Source: a virus
Lineage: Duplodnaviria > Caudoviricetes
Reading direction: 5' to 3' (one strand)
DNA: 64,000 nucleotides
IMG/VR virus record: IMGVR_UViG_2751185632_000005
Span: 25,472-89,471 of that record
Part shown: positions 9,138-18,454 of the stretch, in pieces
Layout: each line of letters begins with the position of its first letter
How positions within the stretch are numbered: the first letter of the stretch is position 1
Position numbers and translations under genes: made by a program
The notes under the pieces: model-generated
Told to the model about the DNA's origin: nothing
Database searches by the model: none
The model's input: the letters and a program-made list of their open reading frames with translations, nothing else

Positions 9138-9773
9138 TCAGATCTCTGTGACGACGACTTTGACTCTTCCGAAGACCTGCACATCGTCCGTCAGCGGGAT
9201 CGACATGTGGTCGGGATTCGTCGAGTAGGGGGTCATTCTTGGCGGATTTTTCCTGAACTTCTTGAACGTCGATTCACTTAAACCATTGACGAAGACATAG
9301 AATTTGTCGTTCAGCAGCGTCTTGTCGCGCCTGTTCACCGCAATGATGGCGCCGGGCGGGGCGATCCGATTCATGGAATCGCCATCGACTATGAGCCCCA
9401 TCCACTCCCCATCCGGGAGGCCGCTCAGAGTTATGGTCCTGATGACGTCCTTCTTCTCGACGCCATCGCGGAACTGCAGCATGCCGGCGGTGACCATCGA
9501 AACGACAGGGATCTGGATGCCGCTGCCGTTCGTTGCGTCAGGCCCGTTGTACAGGTGCTCGGCAGTTACCCCAAAAAGATCCGCATATGCGAGCGCCAGG
9601 TCGTAGTCATAGGCGCGCCGGCCGCTCTCATGATGGGTGTAAGCGCTCTGGGTGACCGGCAATCGGACCTGCCGGTACATCTCGCTGAGATTGTCGCCAA
9701 AGGCTTTGATCCGCGCCTCCTTGAGGCGGCGCGCCCGCTCGAGACGGGTTCTCTCGTCGATAACATTTTTCAT
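9138..9773 (-). CDS. cI: CI-like repressor (XRE HTH plus S24 peptidase)
   Basis: HTH VTQSAYTHHESGRR; S24 motifs VDGDSMN and STFKKF; divergent from cro. Confidence 0.88.
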   Translation of the reverse strand: MKNVIDERTRLERARRLKEARIKAFGDNLSEMYRQVRLPVTQSAYTHHESGRRAYDYDLALAYADLFGVTAEHLYNGPDATNGSGIQIPVVSMVTAGMLQFRDGVEKKDVIRTITLSGLPDGEWMGLIVDGDSMNRIAPPGAIIAVNRRDKTLLNDKFYVFVNGLSESTFKKFRKNPPRMTPYSTNPDHMSIPLTDDVQVFGRVKVVVTEI

Positions 9774-9779
9774 ACGCCG

Positions 9780-9785
9780 ATTATG
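9780..9785 (-). promoter_or_regulatory. PRM-like -10 element (leaderless cI)
   Basis: CATAAT 6 nt upstream of the cI ATG, no SD sequence, poor -35 covered by an operator. Confidence 0.55.
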
Positions 9786-9798
9786 GATCAAATATCTA

Positions 9799-9811
9799 GT
9801 ACGCGGCGTAG
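9799..9811. promoter_or_regulatory. Putative operator OR2
   Basis: GTAC-GCGGC-GTAG. Confidence 0.55.
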
Positions 9812-9820
9812 GAAGAGGGG

Positions 9821-9849
9821 TTGCAGGAGTTTTATACGTGCTGTACAAA
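9821..9849 (+). promoter_or_regulatory. pR-like promoter with operator OR1 (9834-9846)
   Basis: TTGCAG-N17-TACAAA; ATAC-GTGCT-GTAC in the spacer and -10. Confidence 0.65.
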
Positions 9850-9856
9850 CTGCCGC

Positions 9857-10117
9857 ATGAGCGAGAAGCAATCATGTCCTACCTCCATTCCCGAACTCAT
9901 CGACAGGTGGGCTTGGGGGCCGAACGGCGTATGGGGAGCTGTCGCTGAGTTCGCTCGCGCCGTCGACGTCGGTTATCAGACCGCCAGGAAGTGGCGGGAA
10001 CGCGGGCGTATCCCGATGGAGTATTGGCCTGCCGTAGTTGCGGCCGCGCGCAAGAAGCGAGTTCGTGGCGTTTCTTTGGAATGGCTGGCGAAGGCGTGTC
10101 TCGAGACTGCCCCGTAA
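9857..10117 (+). CDS. cro: Cro-like DNA-binding protein
   Basis: AVAEFARAVDVGYQTARKWRERGRIP; divergent from cI. Confidence 0.8.
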   Translation: MSEKQSCPTSIPELIDRWAWGPNGVWGAVAEFARAVDVGYQTARKWRERGRIPMEYWPAVVAAARKKRVRGVSLEWLAKACLETAP

Positions 10118-10207
10118 AGGCTTTTCCTTGGTCATGTTGACAACTCCCTACACGTTACGTTCCGGAGACTGTCGTTTTGCGGCGTCTCTTCTCTGGGGCT
10201 TCACCGA

Positions 10208-10408
10208 ATGACGGCGAAGATTGAGTGGTCTGGGTCACAGCTGCAGAGGCTCCGGTCCATGTTGAACGAGGGGACGAGCCACGCGGACATCGCCCGATCG
10301 TTCGGGGTCAGCCGTCAGGCGGTATCGAACCTCGTTGCACGAATAGCCGGGGCGGCTAGCGAAAAGAGGGATGGCGATGATGAGCAGAGATCACAACGAG
10401 AAGACTGA
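10208..10408 (+). CDS. GcrA-like N-terminal HTH protein
   Basis: W-S-x3-L-x2-L-x2-M-x2-EG-x-S-x3-IA-x3-GVSRQAV matches the GcrA N-terminus pattern. Confidence 0.6.
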   Translation: MTAKIEWSGSQLQRLRSMLNEGTSHADIARSFGVSRQAVSNLVARIAGAASEKRDGDDEQRSQRED

Positions 10409-10856
10409 GCAGGAGCTCTACGAGGACCAGCAGTTCCTGCGCGGATACACTGAGATCAAGGAACTGACGTCGACCATGGCCGGTACCAAGGGAGACATGG
10501 GCGCGGTCTACAAACGGCTCAAGGATCTCGGCTTTTCGAAGAAGGACGTCGAGTTCGCGCTGTCGCTCGAAGACAAGGACTCCGGCAAGGTCATCGCCGA
10601 GTTCGAGCGGAAGATCCGCATTGCCAAGCTGTTCGGTCATGCGCTCGGCCGCCAGCTCGAACTGATGGACGACAGGGCGCCGCAGGACGACAAGGCTTTC
10701 GAGCAGGGCAAGGCCGCCGGCAGCCTGCGGAAGCAGAACGTGAATCCTTACCAGCCTGGCTCCTCGCAGTTCCAGCGCTGGCAGGAGGGCTACAACGAGG
10801 GCACGGCCTTCGTGAACAAGGAATTGTCGAGCGCCATGGAAGACGCCGGCAACTGA
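10371..10856 (+). CDS. GapR (DUF2312)-like protein with Rmf-like C-terminal motif
   Basis: IKEL...KGDMGAVYKRLKDLGFSKK; C-terminal AFEQGKAAG...NPYQPGS...WQEGYNEG. Confidence 0.55.
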   Translation: MAMMSRDHNEKTEQELYEDQQFLRGYTEIKELTSTMAGTKGDMGAVYKRLKDLGFSKKDVEFALSLEDKDSGKVIAEFERKIRIAKLFGHALGRQLELMDDRAPQDDKAFEQGKAAGSLRKQNVNPYQPGSSQFQRWQEGYNEGTAFVNKELSSAMEDAGN

Positions 10857-10905
10857 CCGCCGATTTCGGCGGCGACCCGCAAGCATGCGACCAACGGAGA
10901 CAATC

Positions 10906-11244
10906 ATGAGTGAATTCAAGTTCAAGCTCGGCGCCATCGTGCGTTTGACGCACAGCCCCGAGACCGGCGAGGTCATCGGCCGCTCCGAGTACACCACCGC
11001 GGAGAACGGTTACCTCGTGCGCTATCGTGCCGGTGACGGCCGGCAGACCGAGTGCTGGTGGGGTGAGAGCGCGGTCCGGGCCGTTGGAGAACAACCGTCG
11101 GACGCCGCCGCGGACTATGCCGGCGAGGCGGCGTTTGTGGGTGAGCCGCTGAAGCCGTGTAGCCCCATGCGCATCGTCATTCTCGATACGCTCGGCGACC
11201 TCAACGACATCCTTTCGAAGGCATCGCCGCTTCCGAACGTGTGA
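10906..11244 (+). CDS. Hypothetical SH3/KOW-like phage protein
   Basis: FKFKLGAIVRL...GEVIGRSEY...YLVRY...WWGES. Confidence 0.65.
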   Translation: MSEFKFKLGAIVRLTHSPETGEVIGRSEYTTAENGYLVRYRAGDGRQTECWWGESAVRAVGEQPSDAAADYAGEAAFVGEPLKPCSPMRIVILDTLGDLNDILSKASPLPNV

Positions 11245-11247
11245 CCC

Positions 11248-11649
11248 ATGGGGCGCCGGAGGGGAAACCGCTTCGGCCTGACCCCGCACCAGCAGCGCAA
11301 GCTGGATCAAGCGTTCGACCGTGCGGATAGGGAAGATGCACTTCGCAAGGAGCATGGCCGGTGCCACTACTGCCGGACCAAACTGACCATTCGCACGGTC
11401 ACGCGAGATCACGTCGATCCTCGGGCGTTGGGCGGGTCGAACCAGCGGAAGAACATCGTCGCCGCCTGTGAGCGGTGCAACGTTGCCAAGGGCTCCATGC
11501 CCTACAAGCAGTTCGTGCGGATGATTAGGTTTCCCGAGTTTGGTGACCCGGTGCAGTTCTGGCTCATCAACATGGATCTCAGGATCAACAAGGCGCTCCA
11601 GAAGATGGAACGCGGCCTCGCGAAAGCCCTCGGCATCGACAGGATCTAG
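11248..11649 (+). CDS. HNH endonuclease
   Basis: CHYC...TRDHVDPRALGG...NIVAACERCNVAKG. Confidence 0.9.
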   Translation: MGRRRGNRFGLTPHQQRKLDQAFDRADREDALRKEHGRCHYCRTKLTIRTVTRDHVDPRALGGSNQRKNIVAACERCNVAKGSMPYKQFVRMIRFPEFGDPVQFWLINMDLRINKALQKMERGLAKALGIDRI

Positions 11650-11699
11650 CGCTCGCCACTGGCGGGCGCCTTCCCCACCACATTTCTTCGAGTCGATGA

Positions 11700-12269
11700 A
11701 TGACCGTCGTCGCTTCAGCATTCGAGCGCCGGCCCAACGACCTCTACGAAACCGAGGCTTGGGCAACCGAAGCGTTCATCAGGTTCTTCCCGGTTCGCGG
11801 CTCCAAGCTATGGGAGCCAGCGGCTGGCAACCACAAGATGGCCGATGTGCTCCGCGAGCATGGATCGTCCGTTTTCACCTCCGACATCACGACTTATGAG
11901 CGCCAGCACGACGCTGAGTTCGACTTTCTTTCGGCGCGCGAAGGCCACGATGTCTTCGACGAGATCGTGACCAACCCGCCATACGGGAAGGGAAATCGGG
12001 TAGCCGTAAAGTTTGCCGAGAAGGCGCTTCAGCGCTGCGCCGGCACGGTTGGGCTGCTCCTGACGGCCAAGTTCGACAGTGGGAAAACGCGGCGTCACCT
12101 GTTCGCGGATAACCCACGGTTTGTCGCCAAGATCGTATTGCTCGACCGCATTCAGTGGTTTGAGGGCGACAACAAAGGCACCGAGGATCACGCCTGGTAC
12201 GTGTGGGGTCCTCGCCCGCTTCTTCGCATGCCGCCGCAGTTGCTTTATGCCGCGAGGCCGCAGCTATGA
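11700..12269 (+). CDS. Small phage N6-adenine DNA methyltransferase
   Basis: DLYET, WEPAAG (SAM-binding), IVTNPPY catalytic motif. Confidence 0.8.
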   Translation: MTVVASAFERRPNDLYETEAWATEAFIRFFPVRGSKLWEPAAGNHKMADVLREHGSSVFTSDITTYERQHDAEFDFLSAREGHDVFDEIVTNPPYGKGNRVAVKFAEKALQRCAGTVGLLLTAKFDSGKTRRHLFADNPRFVAKIVLLDRIQWFEGDNKGTEDHAWYVWGPRPLLRMPPQLLYAARPQL

Positions 12270-12847
12270 GCTCCGCCCCCGGCTCTTATTTCGTCTTCGA
12301 CCCGGGCAGGACAATGGGCTTCGCCTACTGCCTCGCCGGCGGCGGTAGCCTCCGCCATGGCACGTGGAAGTTCACCCAGCAGCCGGCCGGCGCCGCCTAT
12401 GCCGAGTTCAGCTCCTACTTTCGGCGGGTGCTCAACAGCCTGCCTGACCCGCTGGTCGGAATCGAGCTTATGACCATCGTCGACCACGGTGAGCCGGGAA
12501 AACCGGCGATCGACGCGCAGCAGGTCATGTTCTCTTCCGGCTGGCCGACGCACGCGCAGACTATCTGCCACGTCATGGGGCTCCGGGAGCCGGAACTGAT
12601 CGCCATCTCCACTTGGAGGTCGAAGACGCACGGCAAGACCCGCGCGCCGAAGGAACTCACCAAGCAGCCAGAAAAGTCCAAGTGGCTGAAGCAGCAGGCC
12701 AAGACCTACTGCGACCGAAACGGCTGGTCCTACAACACTGAGGACGAGGCCGAAGCGCTCTGCATGCTCGACGCGCTCCGGATCATGCACGAGCCTGCCT
12801 ACGCTTTCGACAAGGGGCGCTCCTACCAGCAGGATTCATTTCTGTGA
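12266..12847 (+). CDS. RuvC-like Holliday junction resolvase
   Basis: FDPGRTMGFA, VGIE, ISTWRSK, DEAEAL. Confidence 0.75.
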   Translation: MSSAPGSYFVFDPGRTMGFAYCLAGGGSLRHGTWKFTQQPAGAAYAEFSSYFRRVLNSLPDPLVGIELMTIVDHGEPGKPAIDAQQVMFSSGWPTHAQTICHVMGLREPELIAISTWRSKTHGKTRAPKELTKQPEKSKWLKQQAKTYCDRNGWSYNTEDEAEALCMLDALRIMHEPAYAFDKGRSYQQDSFL

Positions 12848-14751
12848 ACGACATCGTCAAAGAAGTCCGCGTGGGACATCTTTGCTGCGGCTCTGGCTTT
12901 GGCGCCAAGGGCTTCCGCAAGGGCAACGCGCGTGTCGGAAATCTCGTAGCGAAGTTTCGCAATATCGGCGGCGTCGACGTCGACCCGGCTGGCGTCCGGG
13001 ACTTCGAGCGCTTCGCCGGCGTCAAGGGGACGCTGCTCGACCTGATGTCGCTGGAGCAGTATCGGGCGTTCCACGGTCACGAGCCGCCGCCCGGCTGGCG
13101 TGAGGCGACGCCGGACGACATCCGGGCTGCCATGGGCTACGAGCGCCCGCACATCTGGTTCGTGTCGGCACCGTGCAAGGGCTTCTCCGGCCTCCTGTCC
13201 GAAAAAGCGTCGGCCTCTGCGAAGTATCAGGCCTTGAACGGTCTGACGCTGAGGGCAGTCTGGCTGGCGCTCGAGGCCGACAAGGATGATCCCGCCGAGT
13301 TCATCCTGTTCGAGAACGTGCCGCGCATCGCCAACCGTGGCCGACCCCTGCTGCGGGCAATCCAGGCACTCTATGACGACTATGGCTATGCTTACGCGGA
13401 GACGACGCACGACTGCGGCGAACTCGGCGGGCTGGGCCAGAGCCGCAAGCGTTTCCTGATGGTGGCGCGGCATCGCGAGAAGGTGCCGCCGTTCCTGTAC
13501 GAGCCGCCGAAGCGCCGGTTGCGCGGCGTCGGCGAGATCCTCGATCGCCTGCCGATGCCTGGCGACGATCAGGCCGGCCCGATGCACCGCATGCCGGCGC
13601 TGCACTGGAAGACATGGGTTCGCCTCGCCTTCGTCGAGGCCGGCTCGGACTGGCGCTCGCTCAACAAGCTCAAGGTCGAGGGCGGTGTGCTGGCCGATTT
13701 CGGGATCGCTCCGCTCGGCGCCGACGCGGCCGATATCCCGGACTTCGACCTTGGCGGCAAGAATTGGCAGGGCGGCGTGTTGGGCGTGAGCCCCTGGGGG
13801 CGACATTCCGGTGTCGTCACCGGCCGCGGCTCTCCGACCACCGGGACGTTCGCCGTCGCCGACCCCCGCGCACCAGCCGGCGCCGGCGAGTACGGCCAGT
13901 ATGGCGTTCGTGGCTGGGGCGAGACAATGGGCGCCGTCATCAACGTCAAGTCGCCCGGTCAGGGCGGTTTTGCCGTAGCCGATCCAAGGACGGGCTTCGG
14001 CCCCGCCACCCATCACAACATCCTGCATGTGCACGACTGGGGCGACACCGGGAAGACGGTGACGGGCGGCACGCACCCAAGCGGCGGGGGGCTTTGCGTG
14101 GCCGACCCGAGGGCGCCGGCCGGCCGGGAGGGTAGCGGCAAGTACAAGGTGGTGGCCTTCGGCGAGCCTTCCGGCAGCGTCATCGGCGCCAGCACGACCG
14201 GGCAGGGCGCCTTCGCGGTGGCCGATCCACGGCCGAAGGCTCTCAACGGCGAGCACCGTGAGGGGTATTCGACGCAGGGTCACTATGGCGTCGTACCTTG
14301 GGACCGCCACAGCGGCGCCGTGCCGGCCTTCGCCAAGAACAACAACGGGCCGTGGAGCGTCGCAGATCCTCGGGACATGCCCGGCGAGCTTCTGCAGGGC
14401 GGCCCTGTCTCCGGTCTGCCGGCCGAGAATGACAAGCTCGTGGCTGTTATTCGCGCGCTCGACGGGACTTGGCATCGGCCGTTCACGACACTGGAGCTGG
14501 CCGCCTTGCAAAGCCTGTTCGATCCGGACGAATGGTTTGGCTTCGAGATGGATGGGACATCCGACAGCGCATGGCGCGAGCGGATCGGCAACGCCGTGCC
14601 GCCGGATGCCGCCGCGGCGGTGGCTGGCGTCATGGGGCGCACGCTGCTGCTCGCCTGGGCCGGCGAGACCTTCATGCTGTCGAGCGATCCGATCTGGGTG
14701 CAGCCCCTGACCGTCGCGCTGTCGGTCGATGTGCCGAGGGCCGCGGAATGA
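12844..14751 (+). CDS. C5-cytosine DNA methyltransferase with repeated insert
   Basis: HLCCGSG (motif I), SAPCKGFS (IV), FENVPRI (VI), QSRKR (VIII), RIGNAVPP (X); GTG start. Confidence 0.9.
   Translation: MNDIVKEVRVGHLCCGSGFGAKGFRKGNARVGNLVAKFRNIGGVDVDPAGVRDFERFAGVKGTLLDLMSLEQYRAFHGHEPPPGWREATPDDIRAAMGYERPHIWFVSAPCKGFSGLLSEKASASAKYQALNGLTLRAVWLALEADKDDPAEFILFENVPRIANRGRPLLRAIQALYDDYGYAYAETTHDCGELGGLGQSRKRFLMVARHREKVPPFLYEPPKRRLRGVGEILDRLPMPGDDQAGPMHRMPALHWKTWVRLAFVEAGSDWRSLNKLKVEGGVLADFGIAPLGADAADIPDFDLGGKNWQGGVLGVSPWGRHSGVVTGRGSPTTGTFAVADPRAPAGAGEYGQYGVRGWGETMGAVINVKSPGQGGFAVADPRTGFGPATHHNILHVHDWGDTGKTVTGGTHPSGGGLCVADPRAPAGREGSGKYKVVAFGEPSGSVIGASTTGQGAFAVADPRPKALNGEHREGYSTQGHYGVVPWDRHSGAVPAFAKNNNGPWSVADPRDMPGELLQGGPVSGLPAENDKLVAVIRALDGTWHRPFTTLELAALQSLFDPDEWFGFEMDGTSDSAWRERIGNAVPPDAAAAVAGVMGRTLLLAWAGETFMLSSDPIWVQPLTVALSVDVPRAAE
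13780..14380 (+). repeat. Five tandem ~40-aa VADPR repeats within the C5 MTase
   Basis: GTFAVADPR, GGFAVADPR, GGLCVADPR, GAFAVADPR, GPWSVADPR. Confidence 0.85.
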
Positions 14752-15623
14752 ACGCTCCTACTCGTCCCGTCCTGCGGTGGCATGGTGGTAAGTGGCGCCT
14801 CGCCCCTTGGATCATCCAGTATTTTCCGGCGCATACGATCTATGTCGAGCCGTTCGGCGGCGCGGCAAGCGTTCTGCTGAGAAAGACGCCGACCGCTGCC
14901 GAGATCTACAACGACCTCGACGGCCGGCTGGTGAACCTGTTCCGCGTGCTGCGCGACGTGGACAAGGCGGCCGACCTGAAGCGCCGGGTGGAGCTGACGC
15001 TGTTCGCCCGCGCCGAATTCGATTGGGCCTACGGGATCCCGGCCGATGACGTCGACGACGCGCACCGGATGATCGTGCTGAGCTTCATGGGGCACGGGTC
15101 GGATAGCACGACGCGAACCTGCAGAACGGGTTTCCGGTCTCGACTGTCGGACAACCGGGCTCTGCCCTCGCAGGCCTGGTCGACGTGGCACCGATCGATC
15201 CCCGAATTCGCCGATCGTCTGCGGGGCGTGGTCATCGAGCAATGCCCGGCCGCCGTGCTGATCGAACGCTTCGCCCGGCCGGATACCCTGTTCTACGTCG
15301 ACCCGCCCTATCTGCCGGAAACAAGATCAGCCATCGCCAACGGCCGGGCGAAGACGCACGGCTATCGTCACGAACTGACGGCCGCCGACCATGAAGAGCT
15401 GCTGGCGCTGCTCGACCGCACGGAAGGAATGGTCGTGCTGTCGGGCTATCCGTCCGAGCTTTACGACGACATGCTGTCGGGTTGGACGCGGGTGGAAACC
15501 CGCGCCCTGGCGGATGGCGCCCGGCCTCGCACGGAAGTGCTTTGGCTCAACCCGGCGTGCTTGCGCGCCCTTGATGAGGATCGCGCTCAACTGGAAATCT
15601 TTGGCGGGACGGCGACACAATGA
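14748..15623 (+). CDS. Dam-like (D12 class) N6-adenine methyltransferase
   Basis: LRWHGGKW, YVEPFGGAASVL, EIYNDLD, FYVDPPY. Confidence 0.9.
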   Translation: MNAPTRPVLRWHGGKWRLAPWIIQYFPAHTIYVEPFGGAASVLLRKTPTAAEIYNDLDGRLVNLFRVLRDVDKAADLKRRVELTLFARAEFDWAYGIPADDVDDAHRMIVLSFMGHGSDSTTRTCRTGFRSRLSDNRALPSQAWSTWHRSIPEFADRLRGVVIEQCPAAVLIERFARPDTLFYVDPPYLPETRSAIANGRAKTHGYRHELTAADHEELLALLDRTEGMVVLSGYPSELYDDMLSGWTRVETRALADGARPRTEVLWLNPACLRALDEDRAQLEIFGGTATQ

Positions 15624-16732
15624 CCGTCCTCGAGAGGATCACCTACGAAGAGATCGTCCAGCGGCTGAACGATCATGCGGCGCAGATCGCCGAGGAATGC
15701 ATTCGGGATGGGCGCAGGGACCGGAATTACTGGCGCGGCGACTGCCACGGGAAATGTTCGGTCCACATTACCGGGCCGCGTGTCGGGATGGTTGGCTTCT
15801 GGCAGGGACAGGCGGGCAACACGAAGGGCGGTGGCAACCTCATCCATCTCATCGAGCTGGCCTTCGGCTGCAAGTCACACGGCGAGGCTGTCCAACTCGC
15901 CAAGGAACGATACCTCGGGCTCCGCGGACGCGAGTTGACGCCGGAGGAGAAGAAGGCTTGGGCCAAGTCCCAAGAGGAATCGAAACGCCGCGCCGCCGAA
16001 CGCCAGAGACAGGCGGAGTTGGATGCTGTCGCAAGGTCGGAGACGGCACTTGAGGTCTGGCGGGCTTCGGTGCCGATCGCGGGGACGCTCGCCGAGGTTT
16101 ACCTCAACTCACGCGACATCGAGCTTTCCGACTTTCCGTCCGACCGGCCATGGCCTCCCAGTCTGCGGTTCAACCCGCGCGTCGAGCTTCGTCGCGGCGA
16201 GTTCCACCCGGCACTGATCGGCGGGACGCAGGCGGCCGACCGCAGGCTGATCGCCGTCTGGAGGATATTCCTACTTCCAGACGGGCGGCCGATGCTCGAC
16301 AAGGACGGCAAGAAGATCAAGCTCGGGTTGGGGCCGGCCTCGGGTGGCGCTGTCCGGCTCGCTCCCGTCGGCGAACTGCTGAGGCTGGCCGAGGGCATCG
16401 AGACTGCGCTCGGCGTCATGCTGCTGACTAGTTGCCGCGTCCCTGTCTGGGCGACGCTTTCGACCTCCGGAATGATCGGCTTCCAGATCCCCAAGGGCGT
16501 GCGCCGGATCGAGATCTACGCCGATGGCGACCGCCACCGCCTCAACAAGCTCACCGATCACGTAGACCGGCCGCCTGGCATCCATGCCGCCGAGACCCTG
16601 CGGGCACGCGCCCTCAAGGAGGGCGTCGAGTGCGTGATCGTTCCATCCCCTGAGCCGGACGACTGGCTCGATGTGTGGGTTTCCAGAAAGAAGGACATGC
16701 AAAATGGACGCAGCGTCGTCTACCTCGACTGA
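15620..16732 (+). CDS. DNA primase (Toprim)
   Basis: EVYLNSR, LAEGIETALG, IEIYADGD, PEPDDWLD. Confidence 0.82.
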   Translation: MTVLERITYEEIVQRLNDHAAQIAEECIRDGRRDRNYWRGDCHGKCSVHITGPRVGMVGFWQGQAGNTKGGGNLIHLIELAFGCKSHGEAVQLAKERYLGLRGRELTPEEKKAWAKSQEESKRRAAERQRQAELDAVARSETALEVWRASVPIAGTLAEVYLNSRDIELSDFPSDRPWPPSLRFNPRVELRRGEFHPALIGGTQAADRRLIAVWRIFLLPDGRPMLDKDGKKIKLGLGPASGGAVRLAPVGELLRLAEGIETALGVMLLTSCRVPVWATLSTSGMIGFQIPKGVRRIEIYADGDRHRLNKLTDHVDRPPGIHAAETLRARALKEGVECVIVPSPEPDDWLDVWVSRKKDMQNGRSVVYLD

Positions 16733-18116
16733 GGGCATCGGCAACGTCTCGATCGAGCGTCTGGTGCTCGGCGCCATCCTGCTCAACGAGGAGAACTACT
16801 GGGGCATCAGCGACGTTCTGTCGCTGGACTGCTTCGGCTCCGATGACCACCAGAAGATCTTCGCGGTTATCACGGAGCTGGCCTCCGACGGTCGAGCCAT
16901 CCGCGTTCCCCTCGTTGCAGGCCGCCTCGGCACGCTACAGGATGGTCAGGATGCCGACGCCTACCTGTCCGGTCTGCTGCACTTCGCCGGCAAGGAGGAC
17001 TCCATCCCCCTACGAGACTATGCGCACGACCTCAGGGACGCAGCGACGCGGCGGCGCGTGCTCGCCCTCGCCGAGGGCATGATCAAGAGCATCAAGGATC
17101 CGAGGCTGGATGCTCAATCCATCGTCGATCGCGCCGGAGAGAGGATCGCCGACATCTCCAGGTCGGCGGCGATCGAATTCGAGACGACCGTCTCCGACAC
17201 CATCAAGCGCATCCTCAAGACCGCATCGCCAAAGAGCAAGAAGGGGATCGCTCTGAAACCGTGCCTTGCAGGACTCGAAGAGATGTTCGGCTTCTTCGCC
17301 CCTGGGTCCCTTGTTCTATGGGGTGGCGGCCCGGGTGCGGGCAAGACGGCTATCGCCATGCAGCAGCTCCTGTGGACCAGCAGAAACGACCCGTCGAGCT
17401 TCTTCGAACTGGAAATGGACTCCGACAGCCTCGTGGCCCGTTCAATCGCCGGCGAGACAGGGGTCTCGGTGCGCGACATCATGCGAGGCATGAACGAGGA
17501 CCAGTACGCCCGCCTCTCTCAGGCATCTGACGACTATTCTGGGCTACATCTGCGCATGGTTAACCAGGCGAAGATGTCCATCCAGCAGATCCGGAGCCGC
17601 GCTTATGCGCACCGGCGCAAGCATGGCCTTAGCCTGCTCGTCGTCGATCACCTGAAGCTCATCGAGAGGCCGAGTAAAACTCGCATCGATCCGATCGAGC
17701 GCGCCTACGAGAACGCTCGCGACCTCAAGACGCTTGCCAAGGATCTCGGCTGCGTCGTCATCGCCTTGTGCCAGTTCACCAAGATGGCCCGCCAGAAGGA
17801 ACAGCCGGAACCGGAGATGGAGGACTTCTACGGTGGCAGCCTTGAGGAGCACGCCGACTTGATGCTGGCCAACTTCAACAGGAACGACTGGCTAAAGAAG
17901 AATCCGCCCAAGACAAACCAGAGCAAGGCAAAGCTGGATTGGGAATCTCAGTGCAACCAGACAATGGGAAGAATTGAGGTGTACAAACTGAAAGATCGCT
18001 TTGGCTCCCCGCGTGACCGGAAGATATTTCACTGGGACGGGAAGAAGACGATGTTCTCGGACTTGTCTGTGCAACAGGATAGTTTCGACATTGGCGACAG
18101 CCGGGGGGTTCTATGA
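16704..18116 (+). CDS. DnaB-like replicative helicase
   Basis: ERLVLGAILL N-domain; GGGPGAGKT Walker A; LVVDHLKL; IALCQF; EEHADL. Confidence 0.9.
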   Translation: MDAASSTSTEGIGNVSIERLVLGAILLNEENYWGISDVLSLDCFGSDDHQKIFAVITELASDGRAIRVPLVAGRLGTLQDGQDADAYLSGLLHFAGKEDSIPLRDYAHDLRDAATRRRVLALAEGMIKSIKDPRLDAQSIVDRAGERIADISRSAAIEFETTVSDTIKRILKTASPKSKKGIALKPCLAGLEEMFGFFAPGSLVLWGGGPGAGKTAIAMQQLLWTSRNDPSSFFELEMDSDSLVARSIAGETGVSVRDIMRGMNEDQYARLSQASDDYSGLHLRMVNQAKMSIQQIRSRAYAHRRKHGLSLLVVDHLKLIERPSKTRIDPIERAYENARDLKTLAKDLGCVVIALCQFTKMARQKEQPEPEMEDFYGGSLEEHADLMLANFNRNDWLKKNPPKTNQSKAKLDWESQCNQTMGRIEVYKLKDRFGSPRDRKIFHWDGKKTMFSDLSVQQDSFDIGDSRGVL

Positions 18117-18454
18117 TGGCTGAGCTGAATTGCTTCAAGGCATTCGCGGCGCCGGTCTACGGAGGCTACAACGCAATGGTGCGCACCGCCAAGGACGCCA
18201 AGGCGAAGCCGATCACAGGGAAGGGTGGGGCTCCACTCGTCTACCGGACCGAGTTGGAGGCGCTCAGGGCGGCGACGGATGGGCTTACGACCTGGATCAA
18301 CGGGCACATGGAGCGCACCGGCGAAGTGGCGGGAGCGACTGCAGCAGCGGCGAACGCCGCCTTCACGATCAAAACGGTCGAGCCGCGGCGCCGGCAGATC
18401 ACCGTCATCACGAAGCGAAAGGCGGTACGGGTTGGTCAAGATCGACAGGCATAA
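18113..18454 (+). CDS. Hypothetical phage protein
   Basis: 113 aa with ATGA coupling; GKGGAPLVYRTELEALRAA. Confidence 0.65.
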   Translation: MMAELNCFKAFAAPVYGGYNAMVRTAKDAKAKPITGKGGAPLVYRTELEALRAATDGLTTWINGHMERTGEVAGATAAAANAAFTIKTVEPRRRQITVITKRKAVRVGQDRQA

